Of a stretch of 64,000 bases of DNA, positions 19,942-29,419 are shown in pieces. The notes beneath the pieces are model-generated. The model saw only the letters and a program-made list of their open reading frames with translations. It did not search any database and was not told the origin of the DNA. Within the stretch, counting starts at the first letter, position 1. The number at the start of each line of letters is the position of its first letter. Position numbers and translations under genes: made by a program. This DNA comes from a virus, in the IMG/VR virus record IMGVR_UViG_3300008113_000108, positions 32,001 through 96,000 of that record. One strand, 5' to 3'.

Positions 19942-21054
19942 ATGACTCAACTGAACGACCAACTGATTTCAAATCTCACTGCTGTATATGGTGAAACTGT
20001 AACTCGCCAACAACTAATTGAATACGCTGCAAGCTCCAACACTTCTCTTGCAGCCATCTGCAAATCTCTTGAGCCCCATAAATCTGGTCGTGGAGTTTGG
20101 AATCTGACTGCTGTTGAAACCCTTGAAAAAACTTTTAATTCTATGTCTGCTGCACCTGCGACTCCAGTAATTAGCTTTATTCCTCAGAAGGATAAGAACT
20201 ATGTCTCGTTTGGCAACTTTACTGATGTGAAGCGAATCGTCAAGTCTGGTATGTTTTATCCTGTTTTCATCACTGGTCTCTCAGGTAACGGTAAGACTGT
20301 CAGCGTAGAGCAAGCGTGTGCTCAACTGAAGCGTGAACTGATTCGTGTGAACATCACCATTGAGACCGACGAAGACGATCTGCTGGGCGGTTTCCGTCTT
20401 GTTGATGGAGAGACTGTATGGCATGATGGTCCTGTTGTGAACGCCCTCAAGCGTGGTGCTGTACTTCTTCTCGACGAGATCGACCTTGCCAGCAACAAGA
20501 TCATGTGTCTACAGTCTGTTCTGGAAGGCAAGGGTGTTTTTCTCAAGAAGATCAATCAGTATGTAACTCCTTCTGCAGGGTTCAATGTGATTGCTACTGC
20601 AAACACTAAAGGTAAGGGTTCTGATGATGGTCGCTTTATTGGCACCAACGTTATGAACGAAGCTTTCCTTGAGCGTTTCCCAATCACGTTTGAGCAGCCT
20701 TATCCTTCCATGGCTACTGAGAAAAAGATTCTCATGAACCTCATGAATTCTTTTGAGGTTGTTGATGAGGAGTTTGTAGACAAACTGATTGTCTGGGCAG
20801 ACACCATTCGTAAGACCTTCTATGATGGTGGCGTAGACGAAATTATCACTACTCGTCGTCTGGTTCACATCATCCAGTCATTTGCTATCTTCAAGAACCG
20901 CAAGAAAGCAATCAACGTGTGCATCAATCGTTTTGATGATGACACCAAGAGTTCTTTCCTAGATCTCTACAAGAACATTGATGCTTCTGATCTGGACACT
21001 ACTGAAGAAGCTACCCCAGAAACTACCGAAGAGGTACTTGACATCACCGCTTGA
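19942..21054 (+). CDS. cobS: MoxR/CobS-like AAA+ ATPase
   Basis: GLSGNGKT, LLLDEID, ATANTKG, NEAFLERF, TRRL. Confidence 0.88.
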   Translation: MTQLNDQLISNLTAVYGETVTRQQLIEYAASSNTSLAAICKSLEPHKSGRGVWNLTAVETLEKTFNSMSAAPATPVISFIPQKDKNYVSFGNFTDVKRIVKSGMFYPVFITGLSGNGKTVSVEQACAQLKRELIRVNITIETDEDDLLGGFRLVDGETVWHDGPVVNALKRGAVLLLDEIDLASNKIMCLQSVLEGKGVFLKKINQYVTPSAGFNVIATANTKGKGSDDGRFIGTNVMNEAFLERFPITFEQPYPSMATEKKILMNLMNSFEVVDEEFVDKLIVWADTIRKTFYDGGVDEIITTRRLVHIIQSFAIFKNRKKAINVCINRFDDDTKSSFLDLYKNIDASDLDTTEEATPETTEEVLDITA

Positions 21055-21095
21055 TTGCGGTATACTAAGGGGAGTTCCTCTCCCCATTTTTTATT
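21038..21095 (+). promoter_or_regulatory. early promoter overlapping an intrinsic terminator
   Basis: TTGACA-17-TATACT, then GGGGAG-TTCCT-CTCCCC and a T run. Confidence 0.75.
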
Positions 21096-21108
21096 TGGAG
21101 ACTTAATT

Positions 21109-21417
21109 ATGCAATGGAAGTACAACGAGGAAAAGATCCTCAAAGATATTGAAGAGTATGTAGTCAGCACCTATCATGGTCACTATTGCGGTGATGAAGA
21201 TGGCTACAATGACATTCAAACAATTGATCTGATGGCAGCCAAAGGTCTTGCTGCTCCTTTCTGCCAAGCAAATATTCTCAAGTATGGCAGCCGCTATGGT
21301 GACAAGGATGGTCTTAACAAGCGGGATCTACTCAAAGTGATTCACTATGCTATGCTACTACTTCACTTTGACGCTCATTATTCTCGCACACAAAACGGTC
21401 TTCAAGAATTTAAGTGA
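21109..21417 (+). CDS. DUF3310-like (putative nucleotide kinase family) protein
   Basis: HY...QTID...FC.ANILKY.SRYG.K...DLLK..HY; ATG 21109 with SD GGAG. Confidence 0.6.
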   Translation: MQWKYNEEKILKDIEEYVVSTYHGHYCGDEDGYNDIQTIDLMAAKGLAAPFCQANILKYGSRYGDKDGLNKRDLLKVIHYAMLLLHFDAHYSRTQNGLQEFK

Positions 21418-21419
21418 TT

Positions 21420-22088
21420 ATGAAATTTTCCACCGAAACACTAAACGTTCTCAAGAACTTCTCTACCATTAACTCTTCTCTAGTTGTTAAGGCAGGAAGT
21501 GTAATTCGTACAGTTTCTCCAGTAAAGAATATTCTTGCTGAGTATACATGTACTGAAGCTTTTGAACGCAACTTTGCTCTGTATGATTTGAATGAGTTCC
21601 TTGGTGGTCTAACTCTATTCAAGGATCCTGAGTTTATCTTTGACAATGATAGCTTTGTTACTATCAAGAATGGTAGGTCTAAGGTAAAGTATTTCTTCTC
21701 GGATCCAAGTCTGATCACTAGCCCATCCGACAAACAGATTCCTATGGATGGCGAGAACGTAGAATTTGAACTCAGTGAAGAAGTTCTATCTTCGTTGCTA
21801 AAGGCAGCTAGTGTATATCAGCTAAAGGATCTCTCACTCATCAATGAAGATGGTAAGATCAATCTTGTGGTCCGTAACAAGGACAATGATACTTCAAACA
21901 GTTTCTCTGCAAAAGTAGGCGAAACCGATAAGGAGTTTGTTTTCAACTTCAAGATCGAGAACATCAAGATCATTCCTGATGTATACAAAGTTTTAGTTTC
22001 TCCACGTAATATTTCTCAGTTTATTAGTTCCAAATATAATCTTCAGTATTGGATTGCCCTTGAACCTGATTCCACCTTCGGAGGTTGA
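21420..22088 (+). CDS. gp45: sliding clamp
   Basis: MKFSTETLNVLKNFSTIN, FALYDLNEFL, YWIALE. Confidence 0.93.
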   Translation: MKFSTETLNVLKNFSTINSSLVVKAGSVIRTVSPVKNILAEYTCTEAFERNFALYDLNEFLGGLTLFKDPEFIFDNDSFVTIKNGRSKVKYFFSDPSLITSPSDKQIPMDGENVEFELSEEVLSSLLKAASVYQLKDLSLINEDGKINLVVRNKDNDTSNSFSAKVGETDKEFVFNFKIENIKIIPDVYKVLVSPRNISQFISSKYNLQYWIALEPDSTFGG

Positions 22089-22092
22089 TTAA

Positions 22093-23040
22093 ATGATTCG
22101 TAATGATTTTTTGTGGGTTGAGAAGTACAGACCTCAAAAAGTAAGTGATTGCATTCTTCCTAAGGATATCAAGGAGACATTTGAAAACTTCGTAGAGCGG
22201 GGAGAAATCCCCAATCTACTTTTATGTGGTCCTCCTGGTATTGGTAAGACTACCATCGCTAAAGCACTATGTAATGAATTAGGAGTAGATTTTTATGTCA
22301 TCAACGGGTCTGATGAAGGACGATTTTTGGACACGGTACGGAACCAAGCAAAAAACTTTGCTTCGACCCTATCACTTCAAGGAACTGGTAAACACAAAGT
22401 CATCATCATTGATGAGGCAGATAACACAACCAACGACGTTCAACTCCTCCTACGGGCAAATATTGAGACGTTTCATAGCAACTGCCGATTCATCTTTACC
22501 TGCAATTACAGGAATAAGATCATTGAGCCCCTACAAAGTAGATGTGCAGTATTCGATTTCAATATCACAGGCAAAGACAAGCCAAAAGTCGCAGCAGAAT
22601 TCTTCCAGCGTATCAGGTCTATTCTTGAGGAAGAAAGTGTACAGTATGATGAAAGGGTTGTTGCAGAGGTAATCAATAAGTTTTTCCCCGATTGGCGTCG
22701 TGTTTTAAATGAACTCCAACGTTATAGTTCTGGTGGAGTAATTGACACAGGGATGCTGGCATCTGTATCAGATGTAAATATCAAAGATCTGATGCGATCT
22801 CTCAAAGAAAAGAACTTTGCTAATGTTCGTAAATGGGTTGTTGAAAATTTGGATAATGATGTGAACGCAATTATTCGTAAAATTTACACCGCAATGTACG
22901 AATCATTAGAGTCTCAATCAATACCACAGGCTGTTTTGATTTTTGCTAAATACCAATATCAAGCTGCCTTTGTTGCAGATCAAGAGATTAATACTCTGGC
23001 TTGCTTTACTGAACTGATGTGTGATTGTAAATTCAAATGA
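22093..23040 (+). CDS. gp44: clamp loader large subunit
   Basis: LWVEKYRP, GPPGIGKT, IIDEAD, SRC. Confidence 0.96.
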   Translation: MIRNDFLWVEKYRPQKVSDCILPKDIKETFENFVERGEIPNLLLCGPPGIGKTTIAKALCNELGVDFYVINGSDEGRFLDTVRNQAKNFASTLSLQGTGKHKVIIIDEADNTTNDVQLLLRANIETFHSNCRFIFTCNYRNKIIEPLQSRCAVFDFNITGKDKPKVAAEFFQRIRSILEEESVQYDERVVAEVINKFFPDWRRVLNELQRYSSGGVIDTGMLASVSDVNIKDLMRSLKEKNFANVRKWVVENLDNDVNAIIRKIYTAMYESLESQSIPQAVLIFAKYQYQAAFVADQEINTLACFTELMCDCKFK

Positions 23041-23324
23041 ACGTAAAACTTATTCGTATGTCCTCTGGTGAGGACTTAATTGCTAATGTAGTCAAACAAA
23101 ACTTTGATGTAATTGTTGTCGAGAATGCAATTGTTGGAGTTCCTACTGGACAGGGAACACTTGGATTTGCTCCATGGTCTCCGATGATTAGCAAAGCACA
23201 AACTGAAATCACTGTAGATAGAAAGTTTGTGGTATATATTGCTGAAGCTGATGAAGGTATTGTAGATCAATACACTCAGATGTATAGTAATATCATTACT
23301 CCAGATAAAAAAATTATTGTGTGA
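23037..23324 (+). CDS. hypothetical protein, Sm-like fold
   Basis: MNVKLIRMSSGEDLIA...FAPW. Confidence 0.7.
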   Translation: MNVKLIRMSSGEDLIANVVKQNFDVIVVENAIVGVPTGQGTLGFAPWSPMISKAQTEITVDRKFVVYIAEADEGIVDQYTQMYSNIITPDKKIIV

Positions 23325-23328
23325 TTTC

Positions 23329-23712
23329 GTGGCAGAACTTAAAGATTATCTAAACTCCATCAATTTGTCAAAGCAAAATTTGATGGATTCTGATGAAGAA
23401 TCTGAAAGACAATATCCTCCATACATTGTCAACAGATGCTATTCTGGGTTTATAGATACTATACTTCTTGCAAATGAGATGAATTTAAATTCTCATATTG
23501 ACAAGAAGTTGCAATATGATTTTTATATAAATACTATCAGACCAAAGAAACGTTTCTCTCCTTGGCTAAAGAAAGAGAAATTAGATTCTCTGGAATGCGT
23601 CAAAGAATATTATGGGTATAGTGATGAAAAAGCTAAAACCGCTTTAAAAATTTTAACAGACGAACAACTTGAATTTATCAAATCTAAATTGAATCGTGGA
23701 GGAAGAAAATGA
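23329..23712 (+). CDS. gp62: clamp loader small subunit
   Basis: LKDYLNSIN, YPPYIVNR, KEYYGYS.EKA; GTG start inferred. Confidence 0.9.
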   Translation: MAELKDYLNSINLSKQNLMDSDEESERQYPPYIVNRCYSGFIDTILLANEMNLNSHIDKKLQYDFYINTIRPKKRFSPWLKKEKLDSLECVKEYYGYSDEKAKTALKILTDEQLEFIKSKLNRGGRK

Positions 23713-24131
23713 GCACCGATAGTGAAGTGAGTTGGGCACCAGAACAAATGGTCGAAGTCACTCTAAATGAGCCAGACGACTTTTTGAAAGTAAGAGAAAC
23801 TCTAACTCGTATTGGAGTTGCTTCTAGAAAAGAAAAGAAGCTATATCAATCTTGTCACATTCTGCATAAACAAGGTAGATATTATATCGTACATTTCAAA
23901 GAGCTTTTTGCTCTAGATGGTAAGCGAGCTAATCTATTTTTGAACGACGTTCAAAGGAAGAATCGAATTGCTCAATTACTACAGGACTGGGGACTTGTTA
24001 AGATTGTTAATCAAGATCAAGTAGCCGATGCGGCACCTCTAAGTCAAATCAAAGTTCTATCATTCAAAGACAAGAATGATTGGACTCTAGAATCCAAATA
24101 CAATATTGGAAAGAAAAAACAAGCAGAATAA
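23709..24131 (+). CDS. regA: translational repressor RegA
   Basis: DDFLKVRETLTRIG, LYQSCHILHKQGRYYIVHFKELF. Confidence 0.96.
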   Translation: MSTDSEVSWAPEQMVEVTLNEPDDFLKVRETLTRIGVASRKEKKLYQSCHILHKQGRYYIVHFKELFALDGKRANLFLNDVQRKNRIAQLLQDWGLVKIVNQDQVADAAPLSQIKVLSFKDKNDWTLESKYNIGKKKQAE

Positions 24132-24160
24132 AAAGAAAGGGGGCATTTAGCCCCCTTTTT
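24131..24160. terminator. bidirectional terminator
   Basis: A-run, GGGGGC-ATTTA-GCCCCC, T-run, between convergent genes. Confidence 0.85.
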
Positions 24161-24161
24161 A

Positions 24162-24308
24162 TTATTTCATCGCCATTGCGAGTTGTGCTTGCTTAAGCCT
24201 TTCTTCTTTTTCAATTTGTTGACGAATAACTGTCAACCAGTTAGAAGCGATTTGATTTTTACGAGTTTCGGTGTCGTAATGAGCACCACGATAAGTTGCT
24301 TGTGACAT
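24162..24308 (-). CDS. 48-aa DUF4278-like small protein (not in ORF track)
   Basis: MSQATYRGAHYDTETRKNQIASNWLTVIRQQIEKEERLKQAQLAMAMK; YRG.Y motif; SD AAGGAG. Confidence 0.8.
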   Translation of the reverse strand: MSQATYRGAHYDTETRKNQIASNWLTVIRQQIEKEERLKQAQLAMAMK

Positions 24309-24338
24309 TAGGGTTCTCCTTAGTTTTTTAGGTTAAAG

Positions 24339-24428
24339 AGCGTTCCTTCAGTCGGCTTTTGCGTCCCATTTGGGATGAACGATCCGTTCCGAGTCGGCTT
24401 ACTTCCGTCGCTATGAGCGATGAACGTA
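24339..24428 (-). ncRNA. tandem glnA-type glutamine riboswitch
   Basis: Two units CGUUCAUC-hairpin-GACG..AAGCCGACU..GGAACG upstream of the DUF4278-like ORF; late promoter ATAAATA at 24433-24439 on minus. Confidence 0.85.
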
Positions 24429-24441
24429 TATCTATTTATTT

Positions 24442-24762
24442 TTAATCTCTTTGTCTCCAGTCGTCAGGTTTATCTTCTGTAAAGAAATCTACAATATCAT
24501 CCACTGTGTCGAATCCACTGATTCCTTTTCTTTCATGACCGATGCCACCAATATCAAGGGCATTTAAAAAGCCATCTAGGCTGTCCTCGGTCATATCTGG
24601 ATTTTCTGCTCGTCTCCTTGCCTGTCTGAGCATTGTGCCTGCTGTTCTATTAGCTGCAGCAAGTTTTTCCGCCCAAATCATATCAGATAATTCTACCGAC
24701 TCTCTGTTTACTATTTTATCACAAATTGCCTGAAGTCTCAGGCGATATTGAGTAGAGAGCAT
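24442..24762 (-). CDS. conserved cyanophage hypothetical protein
   Basis: MLSTQYRLRL start, 106 aa, minus-strand late promoter at 24786-24792. Confidence 0.75.
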   Translation of the reverse strand: MLSTQYRLRLQAICDKIVNRESVELSDMIWAEKLAAANRTAGTMLRQARRRAENPDMTEDSLDGFLNALDIGGIGHERKGISGFDTVDDIVDFFTEDKPDDWRQRD

Positions 24763-24899
24763 ACCGTATTGTGCAAATGCAATAATATTTATTTTCGGAA
24801 ATCCGAACTGGACTTTTTGTTGGTTTCATATATATAATTGTGAAGAGATGCCTTCGGGGTCTCTAATAAAAACTCTCGCTTACCAAGGAGATTAAGAAG

Positions 24900-25376
24900 A
24901 TGAAATTCACCACTCAATCACTAGACTCATTTTGGAACGATTACGCTCCACTCGCTGTAGGTCTGGATGAAATGTTTAACCGACTCGATGCTATGCAGCA
25001 TTCGGTAAATGTAAACTATCCTCCCTACAACATCGTCAAGCATGACAACAGTAACTACACAATTGAAGTCGCTCTTGCAGGATTTAAACCAGAAGAGATT
25101 GAAGTCTTTACAGAACAAAACGTTCTCACAATTGCCAGCAAAGTTGAGGAACGAGATACTTCAAGACAGTATGTACACAAAGGTTTATCCAAACGTTCAT
25201 TCACCCGTAAGATTCAACTCTCAGATGAACATCGAGTATCCTCTGTAGGGTTTGAGCATGGACTACTAACTGTAGATATTGAAAGAATCATTCCAGAGCA
25301 CCAGAAGAAAACTACATGGAATATTCCTGGAGTAAAAATAGAGTCACAACTTTTAACAGAAGATTCAAATAAATAG
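24900..25376 (+). CDS. hsp20: small heat shock protein
   Basis: NYPPYNI, IEVALAGF, HKGLSKRSFTR, GLLTVDIERIIPE. Confidence 0.95.
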   Translation: MKFTTQSLDSFWNDYAPLAVGLDEMFNRLDAMQHSVNVNYPPYNIVKHDNSNYTIEVALAGFKPEEIEVFTEQNVLTIASKVEERDTSRQYVHKGLSKRSFTRKIQLSDEHRVSSVGFEHGLLTVDIERIIPEHQKKTTWNIPGVKIESQLLTEDSNK

Positions 25377-25446
25377 AATTGGGAAATCCCCAAATATCGT
25401 CGGCACAGACCCACCCTGGCAACTATCAGGGATTGGGTCTTTTTAC

Positions 25447-25475
25447 TTGACAAGCGAGCCTGGGTATGCTACCAT
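25447..25475 (+). promoter_or_regulatory. early promoter for the gp43 operon
   Basis: TTGACA-17-TACCAT with extended TG. Confidence 0.75.
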
Positions 25476-25503
25476 ACATAGAGATGTTCTCCTGGAGCTT
25501 ACC

Positions 25504-25869
25504 ATGAATATTAAGCTGATTCAACTTATTAACAATGACTATATTATCTGTGAGTACGAAGAACTAGATGAAGAGCCTTCTCTTTACATGAAGAATCCTT
25601 ATCGAGTTGTGGAGCTAACCTATTGGGATTACAACGAAGACGATAAGCATTTTCCTCCAGATAATGCAGTGTTTCTGCAAACAACCGAAGAAAAAAATAT
25701 TAAAGATGAAAAAGAGATTGTTACAGTTCAGAGTGATTATGCTCAATTACTCAAGTATCCACTATTCACCAACGATACAGATATCCTGTTAAATTCTGAT
25801 AGGATCATGACAATTGTTGATCCACTTCCAGAAGTTCTAAACCTTTACGTTCAACTAATTTCTAAATGA
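25504..25869 (+). CDS. hypothetical protein, Sm-like fold
   Basis: MNIKLIQLINNDYIIC...KNPY...; ATG 25504 with SD GGAG. Confidence 0.65.
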   Translation: MNIKLIQLINNDYIICEYEELDEEPSLYMKNPYRVVELTYWDYNEDDKHFPPDNAVFLQTTEEKNIKDEKEIVTVQSDYAQLLKYPLFTNDTDILLNSDRIMTIVDPLPEVLNLYVQLISK

Positions 25870-28358
25870 GGTTTTATACCAACGTACAACTCATTCGTGA
25901 TGTAGTTCACTATCGTGGCTACAACAATGGAGTTCAGGAAATATTCCAGGACAAGTTTTCTCCTACTCTCTTTGTTCCATCCAAGAAGGAAAGTAAATAT
26001 AAAACTCTAGATGGGGAATGCGTAAGTCCTATCAAATTTGATAAGACTAATGATGCAAAAGACTTTCTCAAGAAGTATGAGGATGTAAACAACTTTGTTG
26101 TTTATGGTTACGAGAGATTTCTGTATCAATACATTGCAGATCAGTTTCCAGAAGAGGAAATCAAGTTTGATATTTCTTCAATGAAGATCGTCTCTCTTGA
26201 TATTGAGGTTGCATGTGAGAACGGGTTTCCTAATGTGGAAGCTGCTGCCGAAGAAATGCTTTGTATTACAATCAAAGATATCAATACAAAGCAACTGATT
26301 GTATGGGGTGTTCGTGAGTATGAGAACACTCGCTCAGATGTTGAGTATCGAGTATTCTGGACTGAGCAGGAAATGCTTCAAGACTTCCTGAATTGGTGGG
26401 TTCAGAATACTCCCGATGTTGTGACTGGGTGGAACGTATACCTTTACGATATTCCATACATCATGCGTAGGCTAGATAAAGTTCTATCTACAAAGCATAT
26501 GAAATCTATTTCTCCCTGGACTGTAGTGACCAATCGAGAAGTAGTAATCATGGGTAGACCACATATCATCTATGAGATTGCAGGTCTATCTGTTCTAGAC
26601 TATCTTGATCTGTATAAAAAATTCACATATACAAACCAGGAATCATATCGTCTAGATCATATTGCATTTGTTGAGCTTGGAGAAAAGAAACTAGATCACT
26701 CCGAGTTTGAAAACTTCAAAGACTTCTATACAAAAGATTGGCAGAAGTTCATTGATTATAACATTCATGACGTAGAACTTGTTGACCGCATGGATGACAA
26801 GATGAAACTGATTGAACTTGCAATCACCATGGCGTATGACGCAAAGGAGAACTTTGAAGATGTTTATTCTCAAGTAAAGACTTGGGACAATATCATCTTC
26901 AACTATCTAAAGCGTAAGCACATTGTAGTTCCTCCAAAAGTCAGTCAAAAGAAGGATTATGCATATGAAGGTGCATATGTAAAGGATCCTATTTTGGGTA
27001 AGCATGAGTGGGTGGTTTCATTTGACTTGAACTCACTGTATCCTCACCTCATCATGCAATACAATATCTCTCCTGAAACTCTTCTACAAGAGAGATTCCC
27101 AAGCATTAATGTAGATAAACTTCTCCATAAACAAATTGATACCAGTTCACTAGAATGTGCTACGGTATGTGCCAATGGAGCAATGTTTGATACTCATGAG
27201 CAAGGGTTCCTTCCCAAACTGATGGAGAAGATCTATGAAGACCGAACCATCTACAAAAAGAAGATGCTTGCTGCCAAACAGCAATACGAAAAGACTCCAA
27301 CGACGGAGTTGAAGAAAGAGATCGCCAGATGCAATAACATTCAGATGGCACGTAAGATTCAACTTAACTCTGCCTATGGTGCCATCGGAAATGAATACTT
27401 TAGGTATTTCCTGATCACCAACGCAGAAGCTATTACTCTTTCTGGTCAGCTTTCAATTCGCTGGATTGAAAACAAGATGAATGCGTATCTAAATAAAATT
27501 CTCAAGACAGATAACGAAGATTATGTTGTTGCTTCAGATACTGATTCCATCTATCTCAATATGGGTCCTTTGGTCTCTCATATATTCAAGGGAAGAGAAG
27601 CGACTACTGAGAAAATTGTCAATTTCATTGATAAGATCTGTACGGTGGAACTTGAGCCTTATATTGAAAGTTCTTACCAAGAACTGGCGAACTATGTGAA
27701 TGCATATTCCCAGAAGATGAAGATGAAACGTGAGAACATTGCAGATAAAGGAATCTGGACTGCAAAGAAACGTTACATTCTCAACGTATGGGACTCTGAG
27801 GGTGTAAGATACGAGAAACCCAAGATGAAAATCATGGGTCTTGAAACTGCACGATCCTCCACGCCATCATACTTCAGAGATAAATTGACTAAGGCATTTG
27901 AAATTATTCTGATGAAGGATAATGATGTTCTGATTGATTTCATCAATAAGGTTAAGATGGAAACTAGAAGACAAGATATTGTAGACATTTCATTCCCTCG
28001 TAGTTTGAACAATCTCAAGAAATACAAGGGATCATCTACACTGTATGCTCCAAAAACTCCAATCCAAGTCAGAGGAGCAATTCTATACAATCATCTTGTT
28101 AAAAAATTAAAGATTGCCAATAAGTATCCATATATTCAGGAAGGAGAAAAGATCAAGTTTGTATACTTGAAAACTCCTAACCCAATTCAAGAAAATGTGA
28201 TATCATATTTTCAAACACTGCCTCCAGAGTTTAATGTGCATAAGTATATTGACTTTGATATGCAGTTTTCCAAGAGCTTTCTAGAACCACTCAACTCAGT
28301 ACTAAATTCTATTGGCTGGGTTTCTGAAAGACGAGGAACACTAGAAGCATTTTTGTAA
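25866..28358 (+). CDS. gp43: DNA polymerase family B
   Basis: Exonuclease DIEV, SFDLNSLYP, KIQLNSAYG, SDTDS; no intein or intron seen. Confidence 0.98.
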   Translation: MRFYTNVQLIRDVVHYRGYNNGVQEIFQDKFSPTLFVPSKKESKYKTLDGECVSPIKFDKTNDAKDFLKKYEDVNNFVVYGYERFLYQYIADQFPEEEIKFDISSMKIVSLDIEVACENGFPNVEAAAEEMLCITIKDINTKQLIVWGVREYENTRSDVEYRVFWTEQEMLQDFLNWWVQNTPDVVTGWNVYLYDIPYIMRRLDKVLSTKHMKSISPWTVVTNREVVIMGRPHIIYEIAGLSVLDYLDLYKKFTYTNQESYRLDHIAFVELGEKKLDHSEFENFKDFYTKDWQKFIDYNIHDVELVDRMDDKMKLIELAITMAYDAKENFEDVYSQVKTWDNIIFNYLKRKHIVVPPKVSQKKDYAYEGAYVKDPILGKHEWVVSFDLNSLYPHLIMQYNISPETLLQERFPSINVDKLLHKQIDTSSLECATVCANGAMFDTHEQGFLPKLMEKIYEDRTIYKKKMLAAKQQYEKTPTTELKKEIARCNNIQMARKIQLNSAYGAIGNEYFRYFLITNAEAITLSGQLSIRWIENKMNAYLNKILKTDNEDYVVASDTDSIYLNMGPLVSHIFKGREATTEKIVNFIDKICTVELEPYIESSYQELANYVNAYSQKMKMKRENIADKGIWTAKKRYILNVWDSEGVRYEKPKMKIMGLETARSSTPSYFRDKLTKAFEIILMKDNDVLIDFINKVKMETRRQDIVDISFPRSLNNLKKYKGSSTLYAPKTPIQVRGAILYNHLVKKLKIANKYPYIQEGEKIKFVYLKTPNPIQENVISYFQTLPPEFNVHKYIDFDMQFSKSFLEPLNSVLNSIGWVSERRGTLEAFL

Positions 28359-28378
28359 ATTATTATTAGGAGTTAATC

Positions 28379-29419
28379 ATGAGTTTCTTAAATAGTGTTA
28401 TCAAAGAGTTAGATAACGAGTATGCAGGAATCGTCGAAGATGGAGTCGCCGCAGGAGATTGTGGGGGCTTTGTTGACACTGGGAGTTATATCTTTAATGC
28501 TCTCCTTAGTGGCAGTATTTTTGGGGGGCTACCTAACAACAAGATTACAGCTCTCGCTGGTGAGTCATCTACTGGAAAAACTTTCTTTGCTCTCTCAATC
28601 GTTAAATTCTTCCTTCAACAGAATCCTGATGGAGAAGTAATTTACTTTGAAACTGAGTCTGCAATTACCAAGGATATGATGACCAGTCGTGGTATTGATG
28701 CCAAACGAGTTGGTCTAGTTCCAGTATCTACAGTTCAGGAGTTTCGTACTCAATCAATCAAGGTTGTGGATGAGTACATGAAGCTAGCCAAGGGGGATCG
28801 TCCACCCCTGATGTTTGTGCTAGACTCTCTGGGAATGCTTGCGACCACCAAGGAGATCGAGGATGCCTCTGCAGGCAAGGAAACCAGGGATATGACACGT
28901 TCACAGGTTATTAAGTCTGTGTTCCGAATTCTTTCTCTCAAGCTAGGTACTGCTGGCATTCCTATGATTGTCACTAACCATACCTATGATGTTATTGGAT
29001 CATACATGCCAACCAAAGAAATGGGTGGTGGCTCTGGTCTGAAGTATGCTGCTTCCACAATCATCTATCTGTCAAAATCAAAAGAGAAGGATGGAACCGA
29101 AGTTGTAGGTAACATCATCAAGTGCAAAGCATTCAAGTCTAGGTTTACAAAAGAAAATTCTCTAATTGAAACGAGGTTGTTTTATGATGAACGTGGACTT
29201 GACAAGTACTATGGACTACTGGAGCTGGGTGAGAAGTACGGAATTTTCACTAAGTCAGGTGGGCGTTATGAAATTGCTGGTGGCAAGTATTATGCTAAGG
29301 CTATTCTTTCGGAGCCTGATAAATTCTTTACGCCAGAAGTGATGCAGGCACTTGACGAATGTGCCAAAAAGGAGTATAGTTACGGAGCGGTAGAGACCTT
29401 TGATGGAGAAGATGATTGA
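28379..29419 (+). CDS. uvsX: RecA-like recombinase
   Basis: [27 protein letters not shown]. Confidence 0.95.
   Translation: MSFLNSVIKELDNEYAGIVEDGVAAGDCGGFVDTGSYIFNALLSGSIFGGLPNNKITALAGESSTGKTFFALSIVKFFLQQNPDGEVIYFETESAITKDMMTSRGIDAKRVGLVPVSTVQEFRTQSIKVVDEYMKLAKGDRPPLMFVLDSLGMLATTKEIEDASAGKETRDMTRSQVIKSVFRILSLKLGTAGIPMIVTNHTYDVIGSYMPTKEMGGGSGLKYAASTIIYLSKSKEKDGTEVVGNIIKCKAFKSRFTKENSLIETRLFYDERGLDKYYGLLELGEKYGIFTKSGGRYEIAGGKYYAKAILSEPDKFFTPEVMQALDECAKKEYSYGAVETFDGEDD

Noticed and set aside
19942-21054. cobS as a cobalamin biosynthesis gene
   Set aside because: No cobN or other cob genes in the window; context fits a MoxR-vWA chaperone pair
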